DNA of 64,000 bases, taken from NCBI RefSeq assembly GCF_009914755.1, contig NC_060926.1, one strand, 5' to 3'. Positions 27,420 to 42,050 of this stretch are shown piece by piece. Numbering within the stretch: position 1 is the stretch's first letter; each line of letters starts with the position of its first letter. The notes beneath the pieces were generated by a model that made no database searches, was not told the origin of the DNA, and saw only the letters and a list, made by a program, of their open reading frames with translations. The translations under genes were made by a program, and so were the position numbers. This DNA comes from the human T2T-CHM13v2.0 reference genome, Homo sapiens.

Positions 27420-28050
27420 TTCATTTAACAGATAGTTACTGAGGCCAGGTAATGTGCTGAGTTGAGGATTCACAATGAAAGGTGATGGAGTTTGTGATGG
27501 CAGAAATATAGGATGGTTTAAAAGCACACAGTAGGAACACATAGCCCAGTCAATGATAGGGAGGGTAAGGAAGAGTATGCTGAAATCTTAGGGTGAAGGC
27601 AGGGAAGACTATCCAAGACACAAAGAAAAGTAGAGGCAAAAGCCCAGAAACATGACAAGGCATTAGAGATTCAATGCTATGAATGGAGCCTGTTATGTGT
27701 GGCATGGTGTGCCATTAGGTGGAGGGTGGAGATTTGGCAGGTGCCATGTTGGCAGGCATTGTAAACATCTCAAAAGAGTTAGGATTAGGAACCACGAGAT
27801 GGTTTTCAGCAGGAGGGCTCACCAGCAGGAGGGCTCACATGCTCATTTTTTATTTTAAGAAGGTCCCTGTGGCTGCAGAAAAAGAAACCTGAGTGCATAG
27901 AGATTTAGTGAACTTAATGATTTATTGGATGGCAAAATTGGAGGTGGTGATAAGAAAGAGTACTGGAGTACTGAATTAAAGCTATAGATGCTGGGGCCTT
28001 TTCTAACAAGACAGAAGCCATTTGGGAGAGTGGGGATGGTAATGAATTCA
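27420..28050 (-). mobile_element. L2 relic
   Basis: CATTCATTTAACAGATAGTTACTGAG resembles the L2 3' end, followed by purine-rich L2-like body. Boundaries approximate. Confidence 0.55.
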
Positions 28051-28852
28051 GAATGGAACCCATTACTCTAGACATGGTAGATAAAATAGCCCTCATTCTA
28101 ATCTCATATGAAATATTCATAACATTCCTGGAAGTAATGGCTCAATAATGGAGCTGCTAGTATTATAAACTAATTTATTAGATGTTTTTAGAGTAAGCAC
28201 AATGTGCTTATAAAAAACAGAAATGTTTACCTAGTAATTATTACTTTGATAACGTTGGCAATATATATACTATAGGCTCAATATAACTATCTTAAAAACA
28301 ATTACTGCTCTTAATCATTAAAGTAAATTCAATTAGACATGTACATCATTAGCTAAGCAATTTAGATTAGTTACTCATATCTACTGATCTGCTGAGCAGT
28401 CACTGACATGCTGCCAGAAAATCTGGAGCATGGGATATTATCTCCGCTCTGACAACTGCTCCACATATAGGGGTTCTAAGGAATAGCTAATCTTAAAATG
28501 TATGGCCTCAGTTCAATATATCCATTCATATTCAAAGTCTAATGGGAGCAACATTTTTCATTCTTCTTTGATGAGTTTTATATCTTTCATTTTCAATTTT
28601 TAGGAAAGTGAGCATGTGTGACTGAACAAGTTATCTAAATATGGTTTTGGAATTTTGAAGATTTGTGAGTTAGAAGTAGCAAATTGTTTCTATCTGTAAC
28701 TAGGGGCATCTGTTATATACAACATAAACACATATTTTGCATCATTTGTGTTATTTATACAATTATTTTCAAGTCTCAAATACGAGCTTACTACACTAAC
28801 CATTTTCTTATTCTCTTCAGTGCCAATCTTAGAAAAATTATATTGCTTGCCA

Positions 28853-29050
28853 GGTAGTGTGGTATAACAGAAGAGGTTAACGTTGGAACCAAAAAGACCT
28901 AGGTTTGAATGTCATTTACTAGGTCTGTCACTTTAAGCAAGCTACCCAATCTTATGAGCTTCAGTTTACTCACATGTAAAATGTAACTAATAATGCCTAC
29001 TTCACAGGGTAGTTTAAAAGATGAAAATAATAAATAAAAATGTTTGGCAT
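28853..29050 (+). mobile_element. MIR
   Basis: GACCTAGGTTTGAATG...CTTCAGTTTACTCACATGTAAAATG...CCTACTTCACAGGGT. Confidence 0.75.
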
Positions 29051-30875
29051 TATGGCATCACAGTATTAGAGCCAAAAGTACTCACAGTAAATAAAACATT
29101 AATAGTTTGGAAGTTGTTGAAACAAAAAGAATATTCTTTTTTTCTTTCCTTAGCTGGAGATTCTGCCAATCTCATCATTGCATTTGTTATTTATGTTTGA
29201 TGGTGATTTTATGAATTGAGGGATGAAGGGTCCCCAAAGATCAGTAGTTGAAATTAAAGAACTAGCAACTTAAAAGTCAATGAAAGAGAATTTGGGTTAA
29301 TTTTATATTATTATCCATGATCTTACTAAATAAAGACTTCATGATATATGGAAGTGAGGCTTTGGTTATAAAAGATCAAAGACATACACTTTGATCTTCA
29401 CTAGAACCTTTGAAGACTCTTAAAAATATTGCCTTTTTATTTCTTAGCCAGAAAATAAGGATTAGATGAGAGAGACTAAATGTGGATTTAAAGTTAATCA
29501 GATCTGCATATATGATATACAGCATTGATGAAACAAGATTTCCTAAGAAGAAAAAGAAGTGATACTTCAGCCAGTTTGTCCATAATTTCTGGTGACACAC
29601 ATTGGTTCTCAGGCCCGAAGGATAAGTGTTGCTGCTGAATGTGGTTACAATTTTTAGCAAAATCACATGGATCAATTGAAAATTCTCTAGACATGTTTTC
29701 TGGCTGGTCTGTTCCTTTTTAACAACTGTCTTAAGTTTTAAGCAGTTTCTTCTTGAAAGGCAGATGTGCTGAAACGTGTGTGAAGCCATGTGCCATTAGG
29801 AGTATAACACAAAGAAGTTGAAACACAACCCTGTACATGAACCATTATTGAAGTATTTGAGTTATTACAAAACAGCAAGAATCCTAAAGTCTTGAGCAAT
29901 TATCAAAGTGACAATCATGGACATTGTAATGTTAGGATTTCAACTGGTTAATCTGCCTTCTTATTGCTTGTTGATAGCTTTCAGAGTGTTCATCATGTTG
30001 GTCTTCAAAATGAAGATGTAGTAGATATTTCCTTGTATAACTGGTTAGGTTATTTTATATATTCTCATGTTTCAGCTATAAAAATTGCTTATTGGTTTTT
30101 GTTTATTTATGCGGAGGACATAAGGGAATACTTAAAAAACTAAAACAATAATAACTAATCTAGATTTTAATCTCAAGTCTGCCATGATCTAGCTAGATAA
30201 AGGGCTAATTGCGTCATGTCTTTAGAGTTTCATTTTTTGAACCTATGAAATTAAGAAGTTTGATAAGATGACATTCTTGATCCTTGTGTTGAAATTTAAC
30301 AATTTTAGTTATTGTTGGACACACACACATACACACAGGTCTATCTACGTATACACTAACATACCACATAACTGATTTCTCATGATGTTTCATCATTCTG
30401 TGGTTGTATATTATGGCTTGCTTATTTTCTACAATATCAATAAGAATACTAACATACTACTAATTCTATAGTTACATTTTATTCTACATTTAAATTATAT
30501 TTAATATCCAATTGAAATTCCATTCTAAGCCTAACATTTCATAGCAGACACCACTTGAATTTTGATCCCCAAATCTGTGTTGTACATAGTGCCTTATTTG
30601 GAATTCTATGCTTTTGAGAATAACGCCACATTAAGGCATATGGTGGTGGAATAAAAGAGAACTAGATAGTAGTGGATTTTGTCCTGACTTCCACTAACCA
30701 AGTAACCTTAGTAAGGCAATTTGTCTTTCTTTTCCCAGGCCATGTTTTCCCCATTAGGCAACAGAGGCAAAGTGCCTGGAGACTAGGAGTTTTATCTGGA
30801 CCTATCAAAAAATGTAAGGCCTGAAAATTTTCAGTGCATTCAGTATATGTAAAAATGTATCAAAATAGAAATCAA

Positions 30876-31239
<364 letters not shown>

Positions 31240-31620
31240 TTACATTTAGTGTGAGGTATGAGTGAATTGTATTATGCTTGATGTAATATGGGATAGACCC
31301 CTCAAGGTCATTGCCAATGCCTTTGGTTAAGGCAAACTGGTAGAGAGGGACAGACTCAATAGTTTCAAAGGACCCTTCCATCTTTAACACTTCATCATTA
31401 TATTCACTGTTTTAAAATAATGTTTTTATTATCATTCTTGATGGCTTACAATAAAAAAAAACAGAAAATGGACTTCTCTGATAAATTTACTTTGAAGGTA
31501 GTAGTGTAAAGCAAGAAGGTTTTGATGTGAGATAGATGTGGGTTTATATCTCAGTTTTACCACTTAGCCATCGAAGGATCCTACAAAAGCGACATAATGT
31601 TTGTGAAATGTAGTTTCTTT

Positions 31621-34600
31621 TTAGAAATTTTATTTTTATGGGCATATAGTAGGTGAATATATTTATGGGGTACATGGGATATTTTGATACAAGCATACAA
31701 TGTGTAGTAATCACATTAGGGTTAGTAAGGTATCCATCACCTCAAGCATTTACCATTCCTTTGTGTTACAAATATTCTCGTTATACCATTTAACTTATTT
31801 TAAAATGCACAATAAATTATTGTTGACTGTTATCACCCTGTTGTGCTATCAAATACTAGCTCTTATTCATTCTCCGTTTAGTCCCCACTATCATTCCTAG
31901 TCTCTGGTAACCATCATTCTACTCTCCATCACCATGTGTTTGTTTCAATTTTTAACTCCCACAAATAAGCGGGAACATGTGAAGCTTGTCTTTCTGTGTT
32001 TATTCCACTTAACATAATGATGTCCAGTTCTATCCATGTTGTTACAAATGACAGGACCTCATTCTTTTTTATGGCTGAAGAGTAGTCTATTGTGTTTACG
32101 TATCACATTTTGTTATCCATTCATCTGTTGATGGACACTTAGATTGCTTCCAAATCTTGGCTATTATGAATAATACTACAATAAACATGAGAGTACAGAT
32201 ATCTCTTCAATACACTGATTTCTTTTCTTTTGGTACAAATTATCAATGGGATTACTGGGTCATATGATAGTTCTATTTTTAGTTTTTTTCAGGAACCTCC
32301 ATACTCTTCTCCAAAGTAGCTGTACAAATTTACATTCCCACCAGCAGCATGTGAGGGTTTCCTTTTCTGCACATCCTCACCAGCATTTGTTATTGCCTAA
32401 CTTTTGGATAAAAGCCACTTTAACTGGCATGAGATGATATCTCATAGTAGTTTTGATTTGCATACCTCTGATGATCAATGACTTTGAGCACCTTTTCATA
32501 TACCTATTTGCCATTTGTATCTCTTCAGAAATGTCTATTCAGATCTTTCGCCCATTTTTAAATCAGATTATTATGGTGTTTGCCTATACTGTTGCTTGAG
32601 TTCCTTATATATTCTGGTTATTATCCCTTTGTCATATGAGTAGTTTTGAATATTTTCTCCCATTCGGTGGGGGTGTCTATTCACTTTGTTTGTTGTATCC
32701 TTTGCTGTGCAGAAGCTTTCTAACTGGATATGATTCTATTTGTCCATTTTTGCTTAGTTGCCTGTGCTTGTGAGGTATCATTCAAGAAATATTTGCTAAG
32801 ACCAAATCCTGGAGAGTTTCCCCAATGTTTTCTCTTAGTTTCATAATTTGAGGTCTTAGATTTAAGTCTTTAATCTATTTTGATTGGATTTTTGTTTATG
32901 GTGAGAGATAGGGGTCTAGTTTTATTCTTCTGCATATGGATATCCAGTTTTTCCAGAACTAATTTATTAAAGAGACTGTCCTTCCCTTGTTATACGTTTT
33001 TTTCACTTTGGTCAAAAATGAATTCACTGTAGGTGTGTGGATTTGTTTCTGGGTTCTCAATTCTGTTCCATTGGTCTGTGTGTCTGTTTTTATGCTAGGA
33101 TCATGCTGTTTTGGTTACTATAGCTCTGTAGTATAAAGTCAGGTAATGTGATTCCTCCAGTTTTGTTCTTTTTGCTCAGGATTGTTTGGGCTATTCTAGC
33201 TCTTTTGTGATTCCTGTAAATTTTAGGATAGTTTTTTTTTCTATTTCTGTGAAAAGTGTCATTGGTATTTTTATGGGGATTACATTGAATTTCTAGACTG
33301 TTTTGGGTACTATGGATATTTTAACAATATTTGTTCTTCCAATTCATGAACATGAAATATTTTTGCATTTTTTTGTGTCCTTTTCATTTTCTTTCATCAA
33401 AGTTTTACAGTTTTCATTGTAGAAATCTTTTACTTCTTTAATTAAGTTTATTCCCAGGTATTTTATTTTATTTGTAGCTATTTTAAAGATAATTACTTCC
33501 CTGATTCCTTTTACAGATTGTTTACTGTTGCCATATAGAAATGCTACTGATGTTTGTATGTTAATATTGTATCCTACAACTTTACTGAATTAGTTTACCA
33601 GTTATACTAGTTTTTTGGTGGAGTCTTCAGGTTTTTCCAAATATAAGATCATGTTGTCTACAAACAAGGATAATTTAGCTGCTTCTTTTACAATTCAGAG
33701 GCACTTTATTTCTTTTTCTTATCTAATTTCTCTAGCTAGGATTTCTAGTACTATGTTAAATAACAATGGTGAAAGTGGTCGGCCTTATTGTGTTTTAGGT
33801 CTAAGAGGAAAGCCTTTCAGTTTTCCCCCATTCAGTATGATACTAGCTTGTGGATTTGTCATATATGGCTTTCCTGTGTGGAGGTATGTACCTTCTATTC
33901 CAAATTTCTGAGGGTTTTTATCATACAGGGATACTGAATTTTGTCAAATGCTTTTTCATCATCAATTGCAATGATCATATGGTGTTAGTCCTTTATTTTA
34001 TTGCTATAATGTATCACATCGTTTGATTTGTGTATGTTGAACCATTCTTGCATCCCTGGGATAAATCCCACTTGGTCATGATGAATAATCTTTTTAATGT
34101 GTTATTGAATTCCATTTGCTAGTATTTTGTTGAGAATTTTTGCATCATTGTTCAGGGATATTGGCCTGTAGTTTTCTTTACTTTGATGTGTCTTTGTCTG
34201 GTTTTGGTATCATGGTCCTTCTGGCCTCATAGGATGAGTTTGGAAGCATTCCCTTCTCTGCTGTTTTTCAGAATAGTTTGAGTAGGATCAGTGTTAGTTC
34301 TTTAAATGACGGGTAAAATTCAGCAGTGAAGCTATTGGGTGCCAGGCTTTTCTTAGTTGGGAGACTTTATAATGGCTTCAATCTCATTACCTGCTATTGC
34401 TCCATTCAGGTTTTGGATTTCTTCAGGACTCTATTTTGATAGGTTGTATGTGTCTAGGAATTTATCCATTTCTTCAAGGTTTTCAAATTTATTGACATAT
34501 AGCCATTCATAGTAGTCTCTAATGATCCTTTGAATTTCTGCCGTATTGGTTATGAGGTCTCCATTTTTGTCTCTTATTTTATTTATTTGAATCTTCTGTC

Positions 34601-37600
34601 TTTTTTCCTTCATCTGGCTAAAAGTTTGTTGATTCTGTTTATCTTTTCAAAAACCCAACTTTTCATTTCATTGATTTTTTATTTACTAATTCATTTGTTT
34701 CAATTCCATTTTCTACTGCTTTGTTCTTTATGGTTTATTTTCTTGTACTAATTTCAGGTTTGGTTTGCTCTTGCTTTTCTAGTTCCTTAAGATGCATTGT
34801 AAGGTTGGTTATTTGAAGTTCTTCTACTTTGTATGTAGGCACTTATTGCTATCAACTTTCCTCTTAGTACTGTTTTTGCTGTATCCCACAGGTTTTGGTA
34901 TGTTGTGTTTCTATTTTCATTTGTTTCAAGAAATTCTTCAACTTCCTTCTTAATTTCTTCATTGACCCATTGGTCATTCAGGAGCTTATTACTTAATTCT
35001 GATGTGTGTGTGTATAGTTTCCAAAGTTTCTCTTCTTATTGATTTTTAATGTTATTCCACTGTGGTCTGAGAAATATTTGAAATTATTTCATTTTCTTTG
35101 AATTTGTTAAGACTTGTTTTGTGGCCTAACATATGGTCTCTCCTTGATAATGAGCTACCTGCTGAGAAGAAGAAGGTGTATTTTATGGCCATTGGATAAC
35201 CTGTAAATATCTATTAGGTCCATTTTATCTATAGTGTAAATTAGGTGTTATGTTTCTTTGTTGATTTTCTGTCTGGATGATCTGTCCAATGCTGAAAGTG
35301 GATGTTGATGTCTCCAGGTATTATTGTATTGTGATTTATATCTCTCTTTAATAATATTTCCTTTCTATATCTGTGTGCTTCATGGGTGGGTGCATATATG
35401 TTTACAATTGTTAAATCCCCTTGCTAAACTGACCCCTTCATCATTGTATAATGACCCTCTTTGTCTCTTCTTATAGTTTTTCTCTCAAAGTTTGTTTTGC
35501 CTGATATAAGTACAGCATATATTGTATGTCATTTCTGGTTTTTGTTGGCATGGAATATCTTTTTTGATCCCTTTATGTTCAGTCTATGTGTGTCTTTATA
35601 GGTGAAGTGTGTTTCTTGTAGGCAACATAGTTGGGTCTTTTTAAAAAAAACCTTTTAGCCACTCTATGTCTTTTGACTGGAGAGTTTAGTCCATTTACAT
35701 TTAATGTTATTATTGGCAAGTAAGGACTTGCTATGGCCATTTCGTTATTTGTTTTCTGGTTGTTTTGTGGTCTTCCTTCAGTCCTTGTCTTCCTTTCAAT
35801 GAAGGTGATTTTTCTCTGGTAGTATGCATTAATTCTTGCTTTTTATTTTTTGCGTGTCTTCTGTATGTTTTGTGATTTGAGATTATCATGAGGCTTGCCA
35901 ATAACATCTTATAAGACATTATTTTAAGCTGATGACAACATCACACTGATTGCAAAAACAAACAACTAAGAAACAGGCAAAGAGAAAACTAATAAAAACT
36001 GTTGATTATAACTTCATACACCCCCACCGCTTTTTAACTTTTTATTGTTTCTATTTATGTGCTATTGTACTTTCTATGTATTTAAAAATTGTTGTAATTA
36101 TAATTTTTGATGGGTGCATCATTTAGTCTTATTACTCAAGATATGAATAGTTTGCACACCATAGTTACAGTGTCATAATATTCTCCATTTTTCTGTGTAC
36201 TTACCATTTCCAGTAAGTTTTGTACCTTCAGATGATTTCTTATTGCTCATTAATGTTCTTTTCTTTCAGACTGAAGAACTTCCGTTAGCATTTCATATAG
36301 GACAGATTTGGTGTTGTTGAGATCTGTCAGCTTTTGTTTGTCAGGGAGTCTTTATTTCTCCTTCATGATTGAAGGATTTTTCACTGTACATACTATTCTA
36401 GGGTAAAAGTTTGCATTTTTTCCCCCTTCATCACTTTAAATATGTCATGACACTCTCTCCTGGCCTGTAAGGTTTCCATTGAGAAGTCTGCTGCCAGATA
36501 TATTGTAGCTCTGTTGTATGTTATTTTTTGTTTCTTTTCTCTTGCTGCTTTTAGGATCCTTTCTTTATCCTTGATCTTTGGGAGTTTATTGTCTTGAGAT
36601 AGTCTTCTTTGGGTTAAATCTGCTTGGTGTTCTATACCCTCCCTATAATTGAATATTGATATCTTTCTCTAGGTCTGGGAAGTTTTCTGTTATTATTACT
36701 TTGAATAAACTTTCTATACCTATCTCTTTCATCACCTCCTCTTTAAGACCATCAACTCTTAGATTTGCCCTTTTGAGGCTATTTTCTAGATCTTGCAGGC
36801 ATGCTTAATTCTTATCTATTCTTTTTCTTTTGTCTCCCTGATTGTGTATTTTCAAATAGCCTACCTTCAAGCTCACCATTTCTTTCTGCTGCTTGATCAG
36901 TTCTGCTATTAAGAGACTCAGATATGTTTTTCAGTACATCAATAGAATTTTTCAGCTCTAGAATTTCTGCTTAATTTTTAAAAATTATTTCAATCTCTTG
37001 TTAAATTTATCTGATAGGATTCTGAATTCCTTTTCTGTGTTATCTTGAATTTCATTGAGCTTGCTCAAAACAACTATTTTGAATTCTCTGTCTAAAAGTT
37101 TACATATCTCTGTCACTCCTGGTTGGTCCCCAGTACCATATTTAGTTAGTTGTCGAGGTCATGTTTTCCTGGATGGTCTTGATGTTTGTTCATATTCTTC
37201 GATTTTGGGGCACTGAAGAATCAGGTGTTGATTGTGGTCTTTATAGTCTAACCTTGTTTGTACCTGTTCTTCTTGAGAAGGCTTTCCAAGTATTGAAAGG
37301 GCATTGAGTGTTGTTATCTACCTGGTCACTGTAGCTGTATCTGCATTAGGAGGCACCCAAAGCCCAGTAATTCTGTGATTCTTCAAGACTCATAGAGGTA
37401 CTGCCTTGGGGGTCTTGTTAAAATCTGAGGGACTTTCCTAGATTACCTAGCAGAAGCTCTTGTTATCTTTCATTACTTTCCCCCAAACAAACAGAATCTC
37501 TCTCTCTCTGTGCTGAGCTGTGTAGAACTCTGGGAGAAGTGATGCAGGCGTCGTGTGGCCACCACTGGGACTGCACTGGTTCAGACCCAAGCCAGCACAG

Positions 37601-39570
37601 CACCGAGTCTTGCCCAAGGCCCATGGCAACCACTGCCTGGCTACTGCCAATTGTCACTCAAGGCCCAAGGGCTCTTCAGTCAGTAAGTGGCGAATCCAGC
37701 CAGGCTGATGTCCTTCCCTTCACAGCGGCAAACCCTACTCCATCCCAGGGTAGATCTAGAAATGTTGTCTGGGAGCCAGAGCCTAGAACAGGGAACGTTA
37801 GTAACCTACTTGGTGCTCCTTTCTACTGTGGCTGAGCTAGCACCCTAGCTGCAAAACAAAGTCCTTCCCACTCTTCCATCTCATTTCCTCAAGCAGAAGG
37901 AGACTCTCTTTGTGGCTACCACTTCCCCAGGTCCATGGTGAGTACTGCCTGGCTACCACCAATGTTCACTCAAGGCCCAAGGACTCTTTAGTCAGCTTGT
38001 AGTGAACGCTGCCAGGCCTGAGTCTCTCCCTTCAGGGCAGTGTGGGCTCCCATCTTGCTCAGGGCGGGTGCGGAAATGCTGTCCAGAAGCCATAGCTAGA
38101 ATCAAGGACCCTAGAAGTCCTCTTGGTGCTCTACTCCATTGTGACTGAACTGGTACCCAAGCTGCAAGACAAAGTCCCCTTTAGTCTTCCCTCTCCTTTC
38201 TTCTAGCAGAAGGAGTCCGATATGGTTTGGCTGTATCCCCACCCAAATCTCATCTTGAATTGTAGCTTCCATAATTCCCATATGTTGTGGGAGTGACCTG
38301 GTGGGAGATAATTGAATCATGGGGGCAGTTTACCCCGTACTGTTCTCGTAGTAGTGAATAAGTCTCATGAGATATGATGGTTTTATAAGGTTCTCATTCT
38401 CTCTTCCCTGCTGCCATGTAAGATGTGACTTGCTCCTTCTTGCCTTCTGCCATAATTGTGAGGCCTCCCTAGCCATGTGGAACTGTGAGTGAATTAAACC
38501 TCTTTCCTTTATAATTACCCAGTCTCTGTTATATCTTTATCAGCAGTGTGCAAATGGACTAATACAGAGTCTCTCCCTCTGTATTAGTCACTGCAGCTGA
38601 GATTATGTTGGGTCACATCTAAAGCTGACACAGCACTGGCTCTCACCTAAGGCCCATGGTGAATACTGCTGGCTCCAGCTGATGTTTATTCAATGCCCAA
38701 GAAAATGTCAGTCAGCAGGTGATGAATCTTGCTAGTACTGCTTCCTTCCCTTCAAGGCAGTGGGTTCCTTTCTGGCCCAGGGTATGTCTAGAAATGTCAT
38801 CCAGGAGCTAGGGCCTGGAATGGGGGGTCTTAGGGCTCTGCTTGGTGCCCTGTTCCACTGTGGCTGAGCTGGATCTAAGTCGCAAAAAAGTCCTCTTTAT
38901 TCTATTGTCTGCTCTTCTCAAGCAGAGTAAAGGGGTCTCTCCCAGAGCTGCGAGCTTCACTGCCTGTGGTTAAGGGATGGGTGATGACTCAAGCACTCCT
39001 TTGGCTGCCCTGGCTGGTATCTCACTAGGTCATTTGCACCCCATGTGTGCGTGTGCCGGCTCCGAGCCCAGCACAGCACTAGGACTTGCCCAGGAATTGC
39101 AGTCTTTGTGGCCTAGATTGCCTTTCAAACATACTTAGGACCCCAGAGTGCTTTAGCTTGTGTTGGTGGGACTACCTGAGTCTCAGGATTCCAGCCACTG
39201 GGATGAGTGCTTCCCCCTCTGGCTAGGGCTGGTCTAAATGCCCCCTCCATGGGCATCCAATGCGAAGACTCACAATCTCTGAACTCTCTCTCCCACAAGC
39301 ACACAGATTCTCTCTCCCCACCATGTGGTCACTGCTGGAGAATGGGGGAGGGGTGGCATCAGCAATTCAGGACTGTCTTTTCTACCTTCTTCCATGCCTC
39401 TTTCAGTGATATGACATTAAAACCAGAGATTGTGATTGCTCATTTGATTTTTGGTTCTTTCTTATGAAGTTGCTTTCTTGTGTGGATAGTTGTTCAATTT
39501 GGTATTCCTACAGGTGGGGAGGGGATGACTGCTAGAGGCTTCTATTTGGCCATCTTGCTCTGCTACCTCT
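31621..39570 (-). mobile_element. Full-length old LINE-1 (L1MA1-3-like), ORFs decayed, inserted in a MIR
   Basis: L1MA-type 3' UTR at 31620-31950; ORF2 remnants (34431-34613 QINKIRDKNGD..., [10 protein letters not shown]); 5' YY1-type GGCCATCTTG at 39548-39557. 17-bp TSD with 2 mismatches at 31604-31620 and 39571-39587. Confidence 0.88.
38218..38566 (+). mobile_element. THE1 solo LTR nested in the L1MA 5' region
   Basis: (C)GATATGGTTTGGCTGT...GGACTAATACA, with a perfect 5-bp TSD GAGTC at 38213-38217 and 38567-38571. Confidence 0.92.
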
Positions 39571-41239
39571 TGAAATGCAATTTCTTTATCTGGAATATAG
39601 TGTAGTATTATTCACTTTATGTAAATATTAATATGAAGATTAAATGAAATAATACAGTTATTGGTACATGGTAGTGGTCTAATAAAAGTTTTCTTTTTCC
39701 TTCCATTTTAAACATGAAAGTCCATTGAACTGGTATTTTTATACAAGTAGTTATGCATATATTTGAAAGAGAAACTGATTTCTAGTCTTTTCTAGCTGAA
39801 ATATGATAATACTACAGCTTCTATAAAACATAGGAACCATTTAGTCAGAATACACATCTAATTTTGTCCTTGTTTCTGATAACAAACTGTGAGTCTGAGT
39901 TCCTGATTTTATTGTCAGTTGTACTTATCCTTCTGTTAGCAACTTAAAAGTGGTTAGACATCTGTTTAAGTTTTATGTCGTTTTTATAGGGTAGGCCCTA
40001 AAGTATCTAATTTGTGTGATTCATAGCCAAATTTCCAATTACAGGAGTAAAGTTTCAATCTTATTTTAATCCATAATCCAAAAGGAATTTTTCCTTGTCA
40101 TCACAAATTCATGACAGTATATAGTTTACCCATCTTTGAACAGGTTGAGCCATCTTTGAAGTCTTTGCCAAATACTTGGTAGGCCAACAGGCTTTATAAG
40201 TTTCTTCTAACAGTAGACATTCTAAGTGAATCAACTATATCTTTAGTGCATTTATTTATTTATGCATGTATTAAGTATACATTTAGCAATAAGTTAACTG
40301 ATTATAAAAATTACATTTCTGGAAACACACTCATATATGTATGTATATATATAATCAAAATTTATCAATACATTTTAGAGTTATTAATTTATATTGGGGG
40401 ACTGGTCTAAGTCCATATTTTAACTCTATAACCACTATCCAGCTACCTTTTCATATTGTTAAATCACTATCACCAGAATTTTTTAAATTCACTCTAATTT
40501 TTATATAACTTACTTCAAAAGTTATACTTATTTCTCCTTGCTCATTGTTTTTGCTTATATGGCTTAAAGTTTGTATATCAACAAAAAATGAGTGATTTTA
40601 GAGTTAGGTAAGAGGCTAGCAGTACAATTGCACAGTAGAATGTTAACATTTAAAGAATATAGGGGTGAATTGAAATAATTTTTCACTTATTTAATCAATT
40701 AATAACTATTAAGCACTAACTACATGTTCTAGGTACTGTAGATGCAGTGATGAAGAAAACAATTTATTCTGTGAGTTTGTGTTTTGTCAGCAAGAGAAAT
40801 AAATTAAAACGTATAGTGCTATATTTGTCAAAATACATTCATTTACTTCCATGTATTTAATAGGAGTTTACTGCAGAACATGTTGTTTTCATAGAACTGT
40901 CATACTGTACATCTATTGTTAGTCTCAAAAGAGATGTATGTTGAAAAAGCTCTAGATTTCTGGGATAAGTCAACAAAGGGAAAGATCATACTTTTTTGTT
41001 TTGCATTGTAAAACAATGTGCTGTTTACATTGAGGAATGATCATTATTCTAAATTAATGTCAGATAAAAGAACATGGTTATAATTTAAGTTATAGTTTGA
41101 GACTTTATGTATTATACATTCAGACTAATCAATAATAGTTATTTCTATTGATTTCCTTCAAATTTTATATTTGTAATCCTGTCTTCTTAAATATTTAAAG
41201 CAAAAAATGGACAGTAATGTGAAAAAACGACTTTATACT

Positions 41240-42050
41240 ATAAAGCTCTCAGCTATAATGATCTACCTAAACTAAGACCAAATAAAAACATTGAGAGTAT
41301 AATTCCTAAGTCTAGTTTCTATGCTGGATGTGTTAGGATAAACCAGATCTCTGATTAGCGAGCTTACAAACTAGTTTAAGGAAACAAGACAAGGAAATTA
41401 GAACAGCTAACAGAAATGAGAAACAATATAAAGGAGTTGCAATAAGTAGATGATTCATTATTTAATAATGATGTCAACAGTAAATGCTGTAAGTGTTTGG
41501 AAGAGTGAGAACTCTAAGAAGATTGATGTTTTTAGAATTGACTTCATGGAAGAGTTGGAGTTACATTCCAGGCATAGCTTGTGGAAAATCATGGAGGGAG
41601 ACCTTATAAAGTTTAGATTGTTCAGGCCAGTTAGACTAGAGCAGATGGTTAACACAGATCAGTGAGAATTTAGGTGTGTGGGGACCAGAGGGTTCAGGAT
41701 GAATAATTCTGAATTTCTCTTGCAAAATAAAAATTATTGTCATTCTATGAGCTAGAACATGATGTGATTAAATGAGGTTCAGTCTTGCAGCATGCAATTT
41801 GAAACATGGAGTGGCATGAAAGTCAGTTAGGAGACCAGTGGAATAGTGTAGGAACGAATGATAAGGATCTGACTGGGGGATGGGAAAGCAATCGATTGAA
41901 AAAGACTAATTTCTGAGGCACTGAGAAAAATGAATCAACTGATGACTTGAATCATTGATTGGCTACTGAGTATAAAATGAGGATGATGAGAGAGTCAAGC
42001 AGGAGTCTTAAGTATGGATAATTGGGTAATTAGAAACCTGGAAAAGGAAA
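41240..42050 (-). mobile_element. L2 relic
   Basis: Highly degenerate L2-like purine-rich body. Boundaries approximate. Confidence 0.45.

Noticed and set aside
29376-29789. 137-aa minus-strand ORF in unique sequence
   Set aside because: No recognisable domain, composition typical of random AT-rich frames, no supporting gene structure.
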